Of a stretch of DNA of 64,000 nt, positions 32,124 through 43,089 are shown one piece after another. Source of the DNA: an uncultured Planctomycetia bacterium (lineage in GTDB: Bacteria; Omnitrophota; Gorgyraeia; Pluralincolimonadales; Pluralincolimonadaceae). A model generated the notes under the pieces. It was not told where the DNA came from. It saw nothing but the letters and a program-made list of their open reading frames with translations, and did no database searches. Position numbers and translations under genes: made by a program. The stretch covers positions 4,674 through 68,673 of the forward strand of contig CAZAEH010000001.1 in the NCBI GenBank assembly GCA_964484255.1, given 5' to 3'. How positions within the stretch are numbered: position 1 is the stretch's first letter; each line of letters starts with the position of its first letter.

Positions 32124-34897
32124 TTTTTATATTTCTTTCCGCTCCCGCACGGACAGGGATCATTCCTGCCCACCTTAGGGGCTTCCCTTTCCACGGGTGC
32201 CTGTTTGGCATCTTGGGGTGAAGCCTGGGGCGGCTGGCCTTCAGCGGCCACGGCGGCCCTAGAAGCCAGGGACCCTATGTCCCTATGTATCATTTGCTGG
32301 GGGACGGAATCAAAGACGCCTTTAGGCTCTTCCCGGCTGATCACTTGCACCTTAAAGAGGAACTCAAGCGCGTCATCCTGTATCCGGTTCATCATCTCCT
32401 CGAACATGGCGAAGCCTTCATTCTTATATTCGACGAGAGGGTCCACCTGCCCGTAGGCGCGCAACCCTATGCCTTCCTTCAGCCCGTCCATGGCATAGAG
32501 GTGCTCCTTCCATTTGGAGTCGATCATCTCAAGCAATATCGTCTTTTCGATATGGCGCGCGACATCCGCGCCGAGGATGAATTCCCTCTTCTGGTAATGC
32601 TTATTGATGGCATCGAGCAGCTTTACGCGGGCCTCCTGCCTTGTACCCGCGGACAGCTCCTCACCGGTAACGGCAAGCGCTATACCAAGTTTGCCCTGAA
32701 ACCACTCGCGCAGGCCCTTATAGTCCCATTCATCCTGGTGTAGCTTTTCATCCATGAACCTGTCCATGGCGCCGTCAAGGCCGTTCTCTATCATCGCCGC
32801 GACATACTCGTTGAGGTCTTTGCCCTCAAGCACAGAGCGTCTTTCCGCGTATATGACCTCGCGCTGCTTGTTCATTACGTTATCGTATTCAAGCAATTGC
32901 TTCCTTATCTCGAAGTTATGCGCTTCAACACGTTTTTGCGCGGTCTCTATGGACCTGGACACGATGGGATGTTCTATCGGCTGGCCCTCTTCCATGCCCA
33001 GCTTCTCCATTATGAACTTTATCCTGTCCGAGCCGAATATCCTCATCAGGTCATCCTCAAGCGAAAGATAAAACCTGGATGAGCCCGGGTCCCCCTGCCG
33101 GCCGCATCTTCCGCGCAGCTGGTTATCTATGCGTCGGGCCTCGTGCCTCTCGGTACCTAGCACATGCAGGCCTCCGAGGCTTATTACCTTGTTATGTTCA
33201 TCGTCGGCCTTTGACTTGAATTTCAACAGCATGTCGGCCTTCTCCTTCGGATCGATGTCTTTCGGCTCAACACCTTTCTGCTTGAAATAATCGAAGACCA
33301 TGTATTCGGGATTGCCGCCGAGGATGATGTCGGTGCCTCGGCCGGCCATGTTCGTGGCTATGGTAACGGCCCTGTAACGGCCTGCCTGGGCTATGATACT
33401 CGCTTCCATCTCATGGTATTTCGCGTTCAATACCTGGTGGGGTATACCGCGGCGCTGTAGCATATGGCTCAAACGCTCGGACTTCTCTATTGATATGGTA
33501 CCCACCAGGACCGGCTGGCCCTTCTCGTATAATTGCGCTATCTCGTTGGCAACCGCATCGAACTTTTCCCTTTCCGTCTTGTATATCTGGTCGGGATAGC
33601 TGGTCCTGATCAGCGGACGGTTAGTGGGGATAACCACCACGTCAAGCTTGTATATCTGGCTGAACTCGTTCGCTTCTGTCGCGGCAGTACCGGTCATGCC
33701 CGAGAGTTTATCGAACATCCTGAAATAATTCTGGAAGGTTATCGTGGCAAGCGTCTGGTTCTCCCTCTCTATCTTTACCCCTTCCTTCGCTTCAACCGCC
33801 TGGTGTAGCCCGTCGGACCACCTGCGGCCGGGCATTAGACGGCCGGTGAACTCGTCGACTATTATGACTTCGCCTTCCTTGACAACATATTCAACATCGC
33901 GTTTATATAACTCTTTCGCCAGGAGCGCCTTTTCTATACAATGCCTCTCCTCGGCAAATTCCAGGGAGTGCATGTCCTTGATTCCCCATGCCTTGACTAC
34001 TTTGCCCTCGCCCTGCTCGGTCAGGTATACGGCATGGCCTTTCTCATCGACTATATAGTCACCGCTCTCTTCCTTGGTCTCCTCGTCTTTTGAGCCCCGG
34101 GAAAGGTCCTTTACTATATCGGCAGCCCTATAATATTTTTCCGTGGATTCCTCCGCCGGGCCCGATATGATAAGCGGCGTCCTGGCCTCGTCCACCAGTA
34201 TGGAATCGACTTCGTCGACTACGGCATAATGGAGGTTTCGCTGTACCATGTCCTCTGTCCTGTATTTCATGTTATCGCGCAGGTAATCGAACCCGAACTC
34301 ATTATTGGTCCCGTAGGTTATATCGCTGTTATAAGCGGCCTGCCGGTCCTTGTCGCGCATGTCATGCTGTATCATGCCCACGCTAAGCCCGAGGAACTCG
34401 AATACCGGACCCATCCAGTAACGGTCGCGTTTGGCCAGGTAGTCGTTGACCGTTACTATATGCACACCGAGCCCCGTAAGGGCATTCAGGTAAGCGGGGA
34501 GGGTAGCGACCAGGGTCTTTCCTTCACCCGTGGTCATCTCCGCTATTTTGCCCTCGTGTAATACCATTCCGCCGATCATCTGGACGTCAAAATGCCTCAT
34601 TCCCGTCGTTCTCTTGCTGGCCTCGCGGACAACGGCAAATGCTTCCGGCAGGATACCCTCGAGGACCTCAGATTCAACCTTCCTCCTCTCGTCCCTGGTC
34701 AGCGCCTTGAGGTCGCGCTCGTTCAGGGCCTTCCTTATCTTTTCCCTGAACTCATCCGTTTTGGCGCGCAATTGGGCGTCGGAAAGAACGGAGAGCTTAG
34801 GCTCAAAAACGTTTATTGCCTCAACTCTCGGCCTGAGCCTCTTCAATTCCCTGTCGTTATGGGTGCCTATTACCGCCGATAAAATATTGCCTATCAT
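32108..34897 (-). CDS. secA: Preprotein translocase ATPase SecA
   Basis: 929 aa. DEAD-like motor domain. C-terminal zinc tail [14 protein letters not shown]. Confidence 0.95.
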   Translation of the reverse strand: MIGNILSAVIGTHNDRELKRLRPRVEAINVFEPKLSVLSDAQLRAKTDEFREKIRKALNERDLKALTRDERRKVESEVLEGILPEAFAVVREASKRTTGMRHFDVQMIGGMVLHEGKIAEMTTGEGKTLVATLPAYLNALTGLGVHIVTVNDYLAKRDRYWMGPVFEFLGLSVGMIQHDMRDKDRQAAYNSDITYGTNNEFGFDYLRDNMKYRTEDMVQRNLHYAVVDEVDSILVDEARTPLIISGPAEESTEKYYRAADIVKDLSRGSKDEETKEESGDYIVDEKGHAVYLTEQGEGKVVKAWGIKDMHSLEFAEERHCIEKALLAKELYKRDVEYVVKEGEVIIVDEFTGRLMPGRRWSDGLHQAVEAKEGVKIERENQTLATITFQNYFRMFDKLSGMTGTAATEANEFSQIYKLDVVVIPTNRPLIRTSYPDQIYKTEREKFDAVANEIAQLYEKGQPVLVGTISIEKSERLSHMLQRRGIPHQVLNAKYHEMEASIIAQAGRYRAVTIATNMAGRGTDIILGGNPEYMVFDYFKQKGVEPKDIDPKEKADMLLKFKSKADDEHNKVISLGGLHVLGTERHEARRIDNQLRGRCGRQGDPGSSRFYLSLEDDLMRIFGSDRIKFIMEKLGMEEGQPIEHPIVSRSIETAQKRVEAHNFEIRKQLLEYDNVMNKQREVIYAERRSVLEGKDLNEYVAAMIENGLDGAMDRFMDEKLHQDEWDYKGLREWFQGKLGIALAVTGEELSAGTRQEARVKLLDAINKHYQKREFILGADVARHIEKTILLEMIDSKWKEHLYAMDGLKEGIGLRAYGQVDPLVEYKNEGFAMFEEMMNRIQDDALEFLFKVQVISREEPKGVFDSVPQQMIHRDIGSLASRAAVAAEGQPPQASPQDAKQAPVEREAPKVGRNDPCPCGSGKKYKKCCGA

Positions 34898-34899
34898 TA

Positions 34900-36013
34900 T
34901 TATTTATCCTTCGGACCGCCGCCGGCGGACCATCTTATGTAAGCCTCTATCAGTTCATCCAGTTCCCCGTCCAGGACCTGCCCGGCTTTGCCCGTTTCGA
35001 ACTCTGTCCTGTGGTCCTTGACCATCATGTATGGATGCAGCACGTATGAACGTATCTGGCTGCCCCATTCTATCTTCTGTTTCTCTGAATACATCGACTT
35101 GAGTTTCTCTTCCTGCTCCTGCATCTTCTTCTCATAAAGACGCGCCTTTAGCACCTTCATGGCCGAATGCTTGTTCTTCAACTGCGAACGCTCATTCTGG
35201 CACTGCACCACGAGGCCCGTCGGGATATGAGTTATCCTCACGGCGGAGTCGGTCGTATTCACCCCCTGGCCCCCGGGTCCGGAAGCGCGGTACACGTCTA
35301 TCCTGAGGTCTTTCTCGTCAACCTGTATGTCGATATCATCTTCTACTTCCGGTATCACGTCCACCGAGGCAAAAGACGTGTGCCTCCTCTTGTTCGAATC
35401 AAAAGGCGATATCCTTACCAGGCGGTGCACCCCGCGTTCGGCTTTCAGGTAACCGAAAGCATGGTCCCCCTTAATAAGCATGGTAACATTCTTTATGCCT
35501 GCCTCTTCTCCCGCGAAATAATCCAGGACATCCACCTTATAGCCCCTGTTCTGGACGTAACGAACGTACATCCTGAAAAGCATGGACGCCCAATCGCACG
35601 ACTCGGTCCCGCCCGCACCCGCGTTTATGGATAGTATGGCGTTGGAGGCGTCGTGCTCCCCCGAGAAAAGCGCAGTGAACTCTATCCCCGCTACCCTCTT
35701 TGAGAGGGCCTCAAGGTCCTTTGAAAGCTGCGATATGGACGTCTCGTCGGAGGGTTCGGTTATTTCGGCAAGTCCGGCCAATTCCTCGAGGTCTTTTCTT
35801 GAAGCCTCCCAGGGCTCGAGCTTGGCTTTAAGGGATTTAAGTTCCTGGATCGTCTTGTTGGCTTTTTGCTGGTCGTCCCAAAAACCCGGGGCCGACATCC
35901 TGGCTTCGGATTCTCTTATGGTCTTTTCGGCGGCATCGAGGTCAAAGATACCTCCGCAGGTCAGAGAGCGCTGAGCGGGAAACCTCGATCTTCTTCTTCA
36001 ATTCTTCAAGCAT
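34900..36013 (-). CDS. prfB: Peptide chain release factor 2, with programmed +1 frameshift at about 35942-35947
   Basis: Frame 0 encodes [23 protein letters not shown], followed by CTT TGA C with GGAGG 3 nt upstream. The +1 frame continues as DLDAAEK...SPGFWDD...[16 protein letters not shown] (GGQ motif). Confidence 0.85.
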
Positions 36014-36052
36014 GGATTCTCCCTTATTGGAAAAGATGTCATTAATGGGAAA

Positions 36053-36081
36053 ATTATACCAGTTTGGCGGGCTTAAAACAA
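36053..36081 (-). promoter_or_regulatory. Candidate sigma70-type promoter for prfB (TTGTTT-17-TATAAT)
   Basis: Read on the minus strand, just upstream of the AAGGGAG RBS and the prfB ATG. It overlaps the 3' end of the preceding DUF192-like gene. Confidence 0.35.
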
Positions 36082-36522
36082 GGACAATAAAAGGCCTTTT
36101 TCGGTAAGGACCGTCATTCCCCGGGTTACTCGGTTCTTGGCAAACCAACCCCTGTTGACCTCCAATACGAACCTTACTTCGGAAGAGGCCGAAACGACAG
36201 GGGTTTCATCGAGGGGCTCAAGGTCATGTATCTCAAGGATGGTGCCGTCAGTATCGATAAAAGCGCATGACAGGGGTATAAAAGTATCCTTCATATAGAA
36301 TGCAACCTGCTGCGGGCTTTCGTAAACAAATAGCATCCCTTCGTCATCTCCGAGAAAAGAGCGGCGCATAAGCCCCTTCTCCCTTTGTTGATGAGTGTCG
36401 GCTACTTCCGCTGTCAACTCAGCAGAGCCCGTGTGCAGCTTGATAACCGGCAAATCCGAAGCAGGGGATACCTGCGTGGGCATGATCGCGAACAGCACTG
36501 CACAGAAAAGCGCGCGGATCAC
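36073..36522 (-). CDS. Secreted DUF192-like protein
   Basis: Signal peptide. The MLFVY...PLSCAFID..G.I pattern is recalled as DUF192. Confidence 0.5.
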   Translation of the reverse strand: MIRALFCAVLFAIMPTQVSPASDLPVIKLHTGSAELTAEVADTHQQREKGLMRRSFLGDDEGMLFVYESPQQVAFYMKDTFIPLSCAFIDTDGTILEIHDLEPLDETPVVSASSEVRFVLEVNRGWFAKNRVTRGMTVLTEKGLLLSLF

Positions 36523-36899
36523 TTCCCCTCCTTGCGCGACAAAGCCTTCCTGACCTCATCAAGGAGCTGTGCAAAATCAAACGGCTTGGTCAAGTACCCT
36601 ATTACACCGAGTTTATATGCCCTTTTTATGTCCGTGTACCCTCCAAGGGCAGATACTATTATTATCGGGATCTCCTGTGTATCCTTGTCATTGTTAAGTA
36701 TTTCGCATACCTCAAGGCCGCCTATATCCGGCATAACCAGGTCCAGCAGTATCAGGTCAGGCATAAAAAGCTTCACGCCCTTAAGTACATCTTTGGCATC
36801 GTTAAGCATTTCCGCCTTGAACTCCCCCGTCTGCTCAAGGTCCTTCTTTATGAACCTAGCGAAATCCTCTTCGTCGTCTATTATCAGTATTCTCTTCAT
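36519..36899 (-). CDS. Single-domain CheY-like response regulator
   Basis: MKRILIIDDEE...LILLDLVMPD receiver domain. The start ATG overlaps the ogt TGA stop (ATGA). The ORF track extends it to 37016. Confidence 0.65.
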   Translation of the reverse strand: MKRILIIDDEEDFARFIKKDLEQTGEFKAEMLNDAKDVLKGVKLFMPDLILLDLVMPDIGGLEVCEILNNDKDTQEIPIIIVSALGGYTDIKRAYKLGVIGYLTKPFDFAQLLDEVRKALSRKEGK

Positions 36900-37213
36900 A
36901 GCGCCCCTTCCTTCTCCAGCAGCAAAAGCATCCTCTTGAGCCCGACCCCAAAAGCATAACCTCCGGTCTTTCCGCCGGAAGCAACGACCCTGTGGCATGG
37001 GATTATGAGAGGCCATGGATTGCGGTGCAACGCCTGGGCAACGGCCCTCACGGCTTTGGGATTACCGATCCTACCGGCCACCCATGCATAGGTCCGCGTC
37101 TGGCCGGAGGGTATTTTCATTACACACTTATATACGCTAACCTCAAACTCCGTGCAACCGTCAAACAGTCCTGCTCTTCTTTTTGCGGGCTTTTTTCCTC
37201 TTGCTATTTTCAC
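36896..37213 (-). CDS. ogt: Methylated-DNA-protein-cysteine methyltransferase, C-terminal domain only
   Basis: IPCHRVV active-site motif with the Cys retained. 105 aa; the N-terminal domain is absent. Confidence 0.65.
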   Translation of the reverse strand: MKIARGKKPAKRRAGLFDGCTEFEVSVYKCVMKIPSGQTRTYAWVAGRIGNPKAVRAVAQALHRNPWPLIIPCHRVVASGGKTGGYAFGVGLKRMLLLLEKEGAL

Positions 37214-38471
37214 CTACCAGGGCCTTTCTCCTTAAAATATGGTGATATCTTATGGCAAACCTGTGGGACTCGTCCCTGACCCTTTGCACCAAATGCAGCG
37301 CCCTTGATGAAGGCAGCAAAGATATCGGCAAGTCCTTATCCAAAGTATATATATGCTCGAAGACTTTTGCAAGCCCGATCATGGGTATCCGGGCCAGGCC
37401 GAGCGCCTTTACCTCGGAGGCAGCCGAAGAAAGATGCCCCCGGCCGCCATCAATAAGTATCAGGTCAGGGAGGACACGCCCCTCCCTGAGCAGGCGCGTA
37501 TAACGGCGGCGGACTATCTCGCGCATCATGGCATAATCGTCCTGTCCTTCAACTCCCCCGATCCTGAACATCCTGTAATTGGCCTTATCGGGCCTCCCGT
37601 CCATGAAAGAGACCATGGAACCGCAAGCGCCTTCCCCTTTTATATTCGAGATATCGAAAGCTTCTATGCGCCTCGGGGGTTGCTTGAGCCCCAGCACTTT
37701 TGATAACTCGTCAATACCCGGGGTCGCCGAGGCCGCGCCGGCGCGGGAGCTTACGGACATGCTCAAAGCTTCTATCTGGTCGCGTACTGCAGCCGCCTCC
37801 TCGAACTTTTTCATGGCGGAGAGCTCCTTCATCTTCCCGGATAAACGCTTCAACAACGAAGTCTTCTTACCCTCGATAAAGAGCGTGACTTCCTTTATCC
37901 TCTCGACATATTCCTGCCTGGATATCCTGCCTTCGCACGGCGCAGGACACAATCCAAGACTGTGGTATACGCACGCTTTCTTCGGGAGGGGTCCTCCCGT
38001 CCGGGAAGGGTTGCCGCATGTCCTGAACAGGAATATCCTGCGGATGGCTTTTACCGCCTCGCGCAGCAAAGCCGCATCGGTATAGGGACCGAAATATATC
38101 GAACCGTCGCTCTTCCTTCCCCTGGCCGTCATTACACGGGGAAAATCTTCGGCCATGGTTATCTTGATAAGCGGGTATGTCTTGCTGTCCCTGAACTCGA
38201 CGTTATATTTGGGCTGGTACTCCTTGATAAGGTTGGATTCATACAGAAGGGCTTCGGCCTCGGAAGATGTCGTCACGATATCGAGATCGCGTATATTCCT
38301 TACCAGGGCTTCTATCCTCGGGGCGCGGTCCCCGGACTTGCGGAAATATGAACGGACCCTGTTGCGCAGGGATGAAGCCTTGCCGACGTAAAGGACCTTT
38401 CCCCCTTCGCCCTTGAAAATATAAACACCGGGTTGGTCCGGAAGCTTTCTCAGCTTCTCCTGAATATCCAT
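37161..38471 (-). CDS. uvrC: UvrC-like excinuclease lacking the C-terminal (HhH)2 domain
   Basis: GIY-YIG N-terminus (PGVYIFKGEGGKVLYVGKASSLRNRVRSYF), a UVR motif, and an RNase-H-like endonuclease domain. 436 aa, versus about 600 in canonical UvrC. Confidence 0.6.
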   Translation of the reverse strand: MDIQEKLRKLPDQPGVYIFKGEGGKVLYVGKASSLRNRVRSYFRKSGDRAPRIEALVRNIRDLDIVTTSSEAEALLYESNLIKEYQPKYNVEFRDSKTYPLIKITMAEDFPRVMTARGRKSDGSIYFGPYTDAALLREAVKAIRRIFLFRTCGNPSRTGGPLPKKACVYHSLGLCPAPCEGRISRQEYVERIKEVTLFIEGKKTSLLKRLSGKMKELSAMKKFEEAAAVRDQIEALSMSVSSRAGAASATPGIDELSKVLGLKQPPRRIEAFDISNIKGEGACGSMVSFMDGRPDKANYRMFRIGGVEGQDDYAMMREIVRRRYTRLLREGRVLPDLILIDGGRGHLSSAASEVKALGLARIPMIGLAKVFEHIYTLDKDLPISLLPSSRALHLVQRVRDESHRFAIRYHHILRRKALVGENSKRKKARKKKSRTV

Positions 38472-39997
38472 TTCATGAACCCCTTGAATTCCTTGACATC
38501 GAATATAAGGCAGGCGGCCAGGAACGAGACTATACCCGCGGGGATGATGATAGATATCCGCAGCAAGGGCTTAAGGTGCAGAGCCGAATCAAGCCAAAGC
38601 AGGATCGCGCCCATGATCAACCCCGGCAGGAGGGCCCTAATGAAGGAAACTGTTATCTCGCGCCCTCCGAGCGGGCCTATCTTCCTCCTGAGCAGGAAAA
38701 ACAACGAAAAGAAATTGAATACGCTTGCCACTGAGGTAGCCAGCGCAAGCCCCCCGACTTTCATCGGGAACATTAGCGCAACGTTGAGCACGGCATTGAG
38801 CAGGAATGCGAAGAATGCGTTCTTTACCGGCGTCACGGTATCTTTCAGGGAATAAAATGCGGATACCATCACCTTGGCACCCGCATATGAACACAAGCCC
38901 ACGGAAAAATAGAACAACGCCGAAGATGTTATCTGCGTGGAATAGCTGTCAAAGGATCCCCTCTCAAACAGGGCGCGTACTATTGTGGTCGACAATGCCA
39001 TCAGGCCGACCGCAGCCGGTATCGTTATGAAAAAAACGGAACGCAGCGAGAATGACAGCGTCTTCTTGAAGTTATCCATCTCTTTCTTCGCGGCATGCTC
39101 GGACAGGGTCGGTAGCATCGCCTGCGATATTGCCGTTGAGAATATGGCCAGGGGCAGCATCCAAAGCCTGTTGGAGTAGTATATGGCGGCAACAGCTCCT
39201 TCACCAACTATGCCGGACAGTGATGCCAGGACCGTGTCGACAAGTACGTTGAGCTGGTATATGCTGGAACCTATCGCCCTGGGGAGCAGGAGCTTTCCTA
39301 TCTCCTTGGAAGCAGGATGCCTAAACTTATCAAGGCGAGGAAAACCCAACCCTCTCGCCGCCAGGGGCGGTAACTGCACCAATAATTGCAGGAACCCTCC
39401 GGCCAGTATGCCTATCGCAAGGCCCATTACAGGCACCTTCATGACCGGACAAAGAAAAAGGGCCGCTGCAATGAAGGCTATGTTCCATAACGGCTGGCTG
39501 AACGACGTAGCGCCGAAAAATTTAAGCGAATTCAATACTCCGGTGGTATAAGCGGTGAGCCCCACAAGGAAAATATAGGGGAACATCCACCTTGTAAGCT
39601 TCACCGTAAGGGCGAACATCTCGGGGTCTTTCACGAACCCCGGAGCTATAAGGGTCACTATGGCAGGGGTAAGCAATACACCGAGAGCGGTTATGCCGGC
39701 GAGTACTACAAGCATACCGTTAAGTATTACACGAACGAGCTCCCAATACTCTTCCTTTGTCTTGGTCGCTGCGTAAGCGGATAGCACGGGAACGAAAGCC
39801 GCATTCGCGGCTCCCTCGCCTACAAGGTCCCTTAGCAGGTTGGGTATCCTGAAAGCTACAACGAAAGCCTGGAATGGCAAGGATGTGCCGAATATCGCAG
39901 CTATTATAACATCCCTGGCAAAACCGAGGATACGGCTTACAGATATGCCCAATCCTATGATACCGGCCGATTTGGCCAGCGATTTATGTGTTGACAT
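38450..39997 (-). CDS. murJ: Lipid II flippase MurJ
   Basis: 515 aa, 14 TM. N-terminus GLGISVSRILGFARD. Confidence 0.8.
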   Translation of the reverse strand: MSTHKSLAKSAGIIGLGISVSRILGFARDVIIAAIFGTSLPFQAFVVAFRIPNLLRDLVGEGAANAAFVPVLSAYAATKTKEEYWELVRVILNGMLVVLAGITALGVLLTPAIVTLIAPGFVKDPEMFALTVKLTRWMFPYIFLVGLTAYTTGVLNSLKFFGATSFSQPLWNIAFIAAALFLCPVMKVPVMGLAIGILAGGFLQLLVQLPPLAARGLGFPRLDKFRHPASKEIGKLLLPRAIGSSIYQLNVLVDTVLASLSGIVGEGAVAAIYYSNRLWMLPLAIFSTAISQAMLPTLSEHAAKKEMDNFKKTLSFSLRSVFFITIPAAVGLMALSTTIVRALFERGSFDSYSTQITSSALFYFSVGLCSYAGAKVMVSAFYSLKDTVTPVKNAFFAFLLNAVLNVALMFPMKVGGLALATSVASVFNFFSLFFLLRRKIGPLGGREITVSFIRALLPGLIMGAILLWLDSALHLKPLLRISIIIPAGIVSFLAACLIFDVKEFKGFMKWIFRRS

Positions 39998-40019
39998 TTT
40001 ACGCCTTATATGGTATTTT
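39991..40019 (+). promoter_or_regulatory. Candidate promoter for rpsT (TTGACA-17-TATTTT)
   Basis: Consensus -35 with a 17-nt spacer. It overlaps the divergent murJ start codon. AAGGAG lies 8 nt before the rpsT TTG start. Confidence 0.45.
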
Positions 40020-40050
40020 TACACAACGTAACTCGAAAGGAGATATTAAG

Positions 40051-40314
40051 TTGCCAAATCTAGCATCTGCAAAGAAAAGAATGCGCCAGGACAAGAAGAA
40101 GCATGAAAGGAACATCAAGGTCGAATCCGAACTTAAGAGCCTTTCCAAGAAGTTCATGATGGCTCTCGCCGCCAAGAAGAACGACGAGGCGAAGAAATTC
40201 GGCGCGACGCTTGTATCAAAACTTGACAGGGCGCGTTCAAAAAACATAATCCACAAGAACACCGCTTCTCGCAAGAAAGCCCGCATCTTAACCAAGCTCG
40301 CTAAGCTCAGATAG
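40051..40314 (+). CDS. rpsT: 30S ribosomal protein S20
   Basis: NLASAKKRMRQDKKKHERN... S20 sequence. Probable TTG start with a strong AAGGAG SD. It is the only plus-strand gene inside the 50-kb minus-strand array. Its 3' end overlaps holA convergently. Confidence 0.8.
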   Translation: MPNLASAKKRMRQDKKKHERNIKVESELKSLSKKFMMALAAKKNDEAKKFGATLVSKLDRARSKNIIHKNTASRKKARILTKLAKLR

Positions 40315-41178
40315 CCTAATAATAAGCGACTCCAGGATAACTTTCTTATCGAGGTCCCTTGTTTTAAGGTCCCGGTCTGCCTTGGCCAGGAATGAAAAAC
40401 ATTCTTTAAGCCATTTTTTTGACCTTACGGGCGGGCCCATGGTCCTTGCCTTGCGTTTAAGTGCGGCGCCTATCGCGCCTATTATGCCTTCCGGCCTGGA
40501 CGAGTCCCTTAAGAGCCCGGACAGGATAGCAAGAGCTCGGGCTTTATTCCCGGAGCCCATGGCGTCGGTCATATCAAACACGCCCTCATCTAAAGATTTC
40601 CCTACGAGTGCCTCGACATCTTTCTTCTCTACAGTCCTCTTTTCACCCGTATAATTGGCCAGTTTTTCAACCGCCATACCTATATATCCGAGGTCATTTC
40701 CTATTTTGCTTATAAGGAGCTCTATGGAATCCGGGTTCATCTGCTTGCCGAATGAAACCGCTTTCTCGGCCACATAACGCCTCAAATTCGCTCCCTCCGG
40801 GCTGACAAAAGCCTTGACCTTGGCGTATTTTGACAACTCGGACAGGAATGAGTCGGCCAATGCCTCTTTCTGCCCGGGATCCGCGGTCATGATCAGGACG
40901 GTCTTTTCACTGCTATCCCTTACATAGTTCATAACAGATTCCCTTGCTTCCTTAGGAAGCCTGTCGGCGTCCCTTATCACGACAAAACGCATGGGGCTTA
41001 AGAAAGGCTGCGTATTTACGGCATCCTGGAAAGATTGCGGATCGAACTGGTCGGAATAGAATACGGCAAAATTGAGGTCGGCGTTCCCGCCGGCGAGCGT
41101 CTGTTTCTTAAGTTCCTCAAGGGCTTCCGCCTTGAGGGCATTCTCTTTCCCTAAAAATAAGTGCACTAATCCGGGCAT
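40288..41178 (-). CDS. holA: DNA polymerase III delta subunit
   Basis: HolA-like N-terminus. Sits in the conserved leuS...lptE-holA neighbourhood. Confidence 0.65.
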   Translation of the reverse strand: MPGLVHLFLGKENALKAEALEELKKQTLAGGNADLNFAVFYSDQFDPQSFQDAVNTQPFLSPMRFVVIRDADRLPKEARESVMNYVRDSSEKTVLIMTADPGQKEALADSFLSELSKYAKVKAFVSPEGANLRRYVAEKAVSFGKQMNPDSIELLISKIGNDLGYIGMAVEKLANYTGEKRTVEKKDVEALVGKSLDEGVFDMTDAMGSGNKARALAILSGLLRDSSRPEGIIGAIGAALKRKARTMGPPVRSKKWLKECFSFLAKADRDLKTRDLDKKVILESLIIRLSELSELG

Positions 41179-41185
41179 GGCAGCC

Positions 41186-41740
41186 CTACCAATCCTCTAC
41201 GGTCCTTTCGACCACCCTTCTGGCCAAGTCTTCCACGGCCTCATTGACCGCCGACTCCTCGGATTGGGCCTTAGGGCCGGTAAGGGCATACTCCTTATAT
41301 CCTACAAAACCTTTTTCAGTCCAGGCCGTCTTGGAGTTCGTAACGTCCTCAAGGGATATGTCCACGATTATATTTGCCCTGTATTCCTCAACATTCTCGC
41401 TGAGCTGGTCGTATCTCAAGGGTTGCTTTTCGTAATTAACCAGGGACCCGCTGAGTATAAGGTCCGCATCGTCTTCCCTTGATACTACCTTGAGGTAACC
41501 GTCAACCTGGAACCTGGTTATGACGGCATTGGTTATCTTGACCTCCATCCCGGGACGGTAAAGCCTGTAAGGGTTCTTGTCCGAGAGGTCCGTTCCGATA
41601 TTCAGGTCAACCTTGTTCTCAAAAGGCCTGATGTAAATTGTGGTGGATTTGCTATAAGCCAGTGAATGGGTCGAATAACCGCATCCCGACGACAGCACAG
41701 GAACCATGCAAATAAATAGCAGGACCAATAATTTTTTCAT
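41186..41740 (-). CDS. LptE-like lipoprotein
   Basis: Lipobox LSSGC, 184 aa. Position immediately upstream of holA matches the lptE-holA order. Confidence 0.4.
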   Translation of the reverse strand: MKKLLVLLFICMVPVLSSGCGYSTHSLAYSKSTTIYIRPFENKVDLNIGTDLSDKNPYRLYRPGMEVKITNAVITRFQVDGYLKVVSREDDADLILSGSLVNYEKQPLRYDQLSENVEEYRANIIVDISLEDVTNSKTAWTEKGFVGYKEYALTGPKAQSEESAVNEAVEDLARRVVERTVEDW

Positions 41741-42690
41741 CTCTTGCCCTTTTTTTCCAGCATATCCAGCCTCTCCTGGGCCTTTTTAGCGATCTCGGTG
41801 TCCGGGAGGCTCTCCACTATGCTCTTGTAATAAACGGCAGCGGAGTCGTATTCCTTGAGCCTCCAGTAGAAATCGGCAATATTATAATCGCTCTGGGCCT
41901 TTTTCTCCCTTAGCGATTGGCGCATCTTGTCAGCCTCCCCGGTAAGGTTGGATTCGGGATGCCTCTTCGAAAAATCCTCTATCTCATCAAGGGCTTTATC
42001 GGTCTCGGACTGGTCATAGCTCGGTTTCAAGGAAGCCCTCGAGGCGCAAAGCCCCACCTGGAAATTCGCTTCCTCCGCAAGTTTACTCTCGGGATGCTCG
42101 TCGACAAGTTTCTGGAAAGTAAGGCGCGCCTGCTGGTAATCCCCGGCCTTCTTGTAACTTTCGCCCATCTTATAAAGGGCCTGGTCCGCGAATTCCCCAT
42201 ATGGGGCATTGTCTATGACCTTCTGGTACATCTCTATGGCCTTGTATATGGACGGGAATGTGGGTATACCCCAAAGTTTCACTTTTTCCCCGTTATAGAA
42301 CCTGTTTGCTATCTCATACTGCAGCTTCATCATATCATCAAGCTTTTTGGAAAAAGGATACGTCTGTATGGCCTTCTGGTAAGCTTCAAAAGCCTGCTCA
42401 TATTCTTCCAGGCCTTCAAATGATTTACCGGCATAATACTGCGATTCCGCCGCCAGCTCAGCCTGCGGATAATAACGCACCAGCTTCTGGAACTCTTCGG
42501 CCGCTTTTTTGTAATCCTTCGATTCGTAAAATTTCATCGCCCAGTCGAACTGTTCCTGAGGAGTGTCTTTCACGGCCCACTTAGGGTTGATCCAGGCCCC
42601 GGTCTGGGGCGTCCATATCCAATACGCATACGAACCCTGCGCTGCACATAACATAATAACAGAGAATATGGCAATAAAGTGCTTTTTCAT
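41737..42690 (-). CDS. Secreted TPR-repeat protein (BamD/YfiO-like)
   Basis: Signal peptide plus multiple TPR repeats. Confidence 0.45.
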   Translation of the reverse strand: MKKHFIAIFSVIMLCAAQGSYAYWIWTPQTGAWINPKWAVKDTPQEQFDWAMKFYESKDYKKAAEEFQKLVRYYPQAELAAESQYYAGKSFEGLEEYEQAFEAYQKAIQTYPFSKKLDDMMKLQYEIANRFYNGEKVKLWGIPTFPSIYKAIEMYQKVIDNAPYGEFADQALYKMGESYKKAGDYQQARLTFQKLVDEHPESKLAEEANFQVGLCASRASLKPSYDQSETDKALDEIEDFSKRHPESNLTGEADKMRQSLREKKAQSDYNIADFYWRLKEYDSAAVYYKSIVESLPDTEIAKKAQERLDMLEKKGKR

Positions 42691-42723
42691 TGATATTTTC
42701 GCTTTCGGGTCATTAAGACGGGT

Positions 42724-43086
42724 CTATTGCTTGGGGGCGGACCTTTCTACAAAATCACAGATGCCGCGCCTGTCTTCTTCAGGCATATCCATGAACTCAA
42801 CCCCTACTTCATACTGTTCACCGTAAGGCCGTTTACGTACCCATGCGACTTTTGAAACGACCTTAACCGGATTGGGTATGGAAGGTAGGGCGATCTCCAA
42901 CACTAAGCGGGTAAAAACCGAAATAAACTCATCCACGAGCAATCTTATTCCGCCTGCGGAAACATCCCTGGAGATAGCGCTAATTACGGAGTCGCTGGCC
43001 TGCCGTATTCCCCTGTACTGGACAGACATGGCGGTATTTACCCGCTCAAACTGCCGTCTTTCAGGGAAATCTGCCTTCCAATGCAT
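42724..43086 (-). CDS. PilZ-domain (c-di-GMP-binding) protein
   Basis: RRQFER...DVSAGG motifs, 120 aa. Confidence 0.6.
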   Translation of the reverse strand: MHWKADFPERRQFERVNTAMSVQYRGIRQASDSVISAISRDVSAGGIRLLVDEFISVFTRLVLEIALPSIPNPVKVVSKVAWVRKRPYGEQYEVGVEFMDMPEEDRRGICDFVERSAPKQ

Positions 43087-43089
43087 AGC

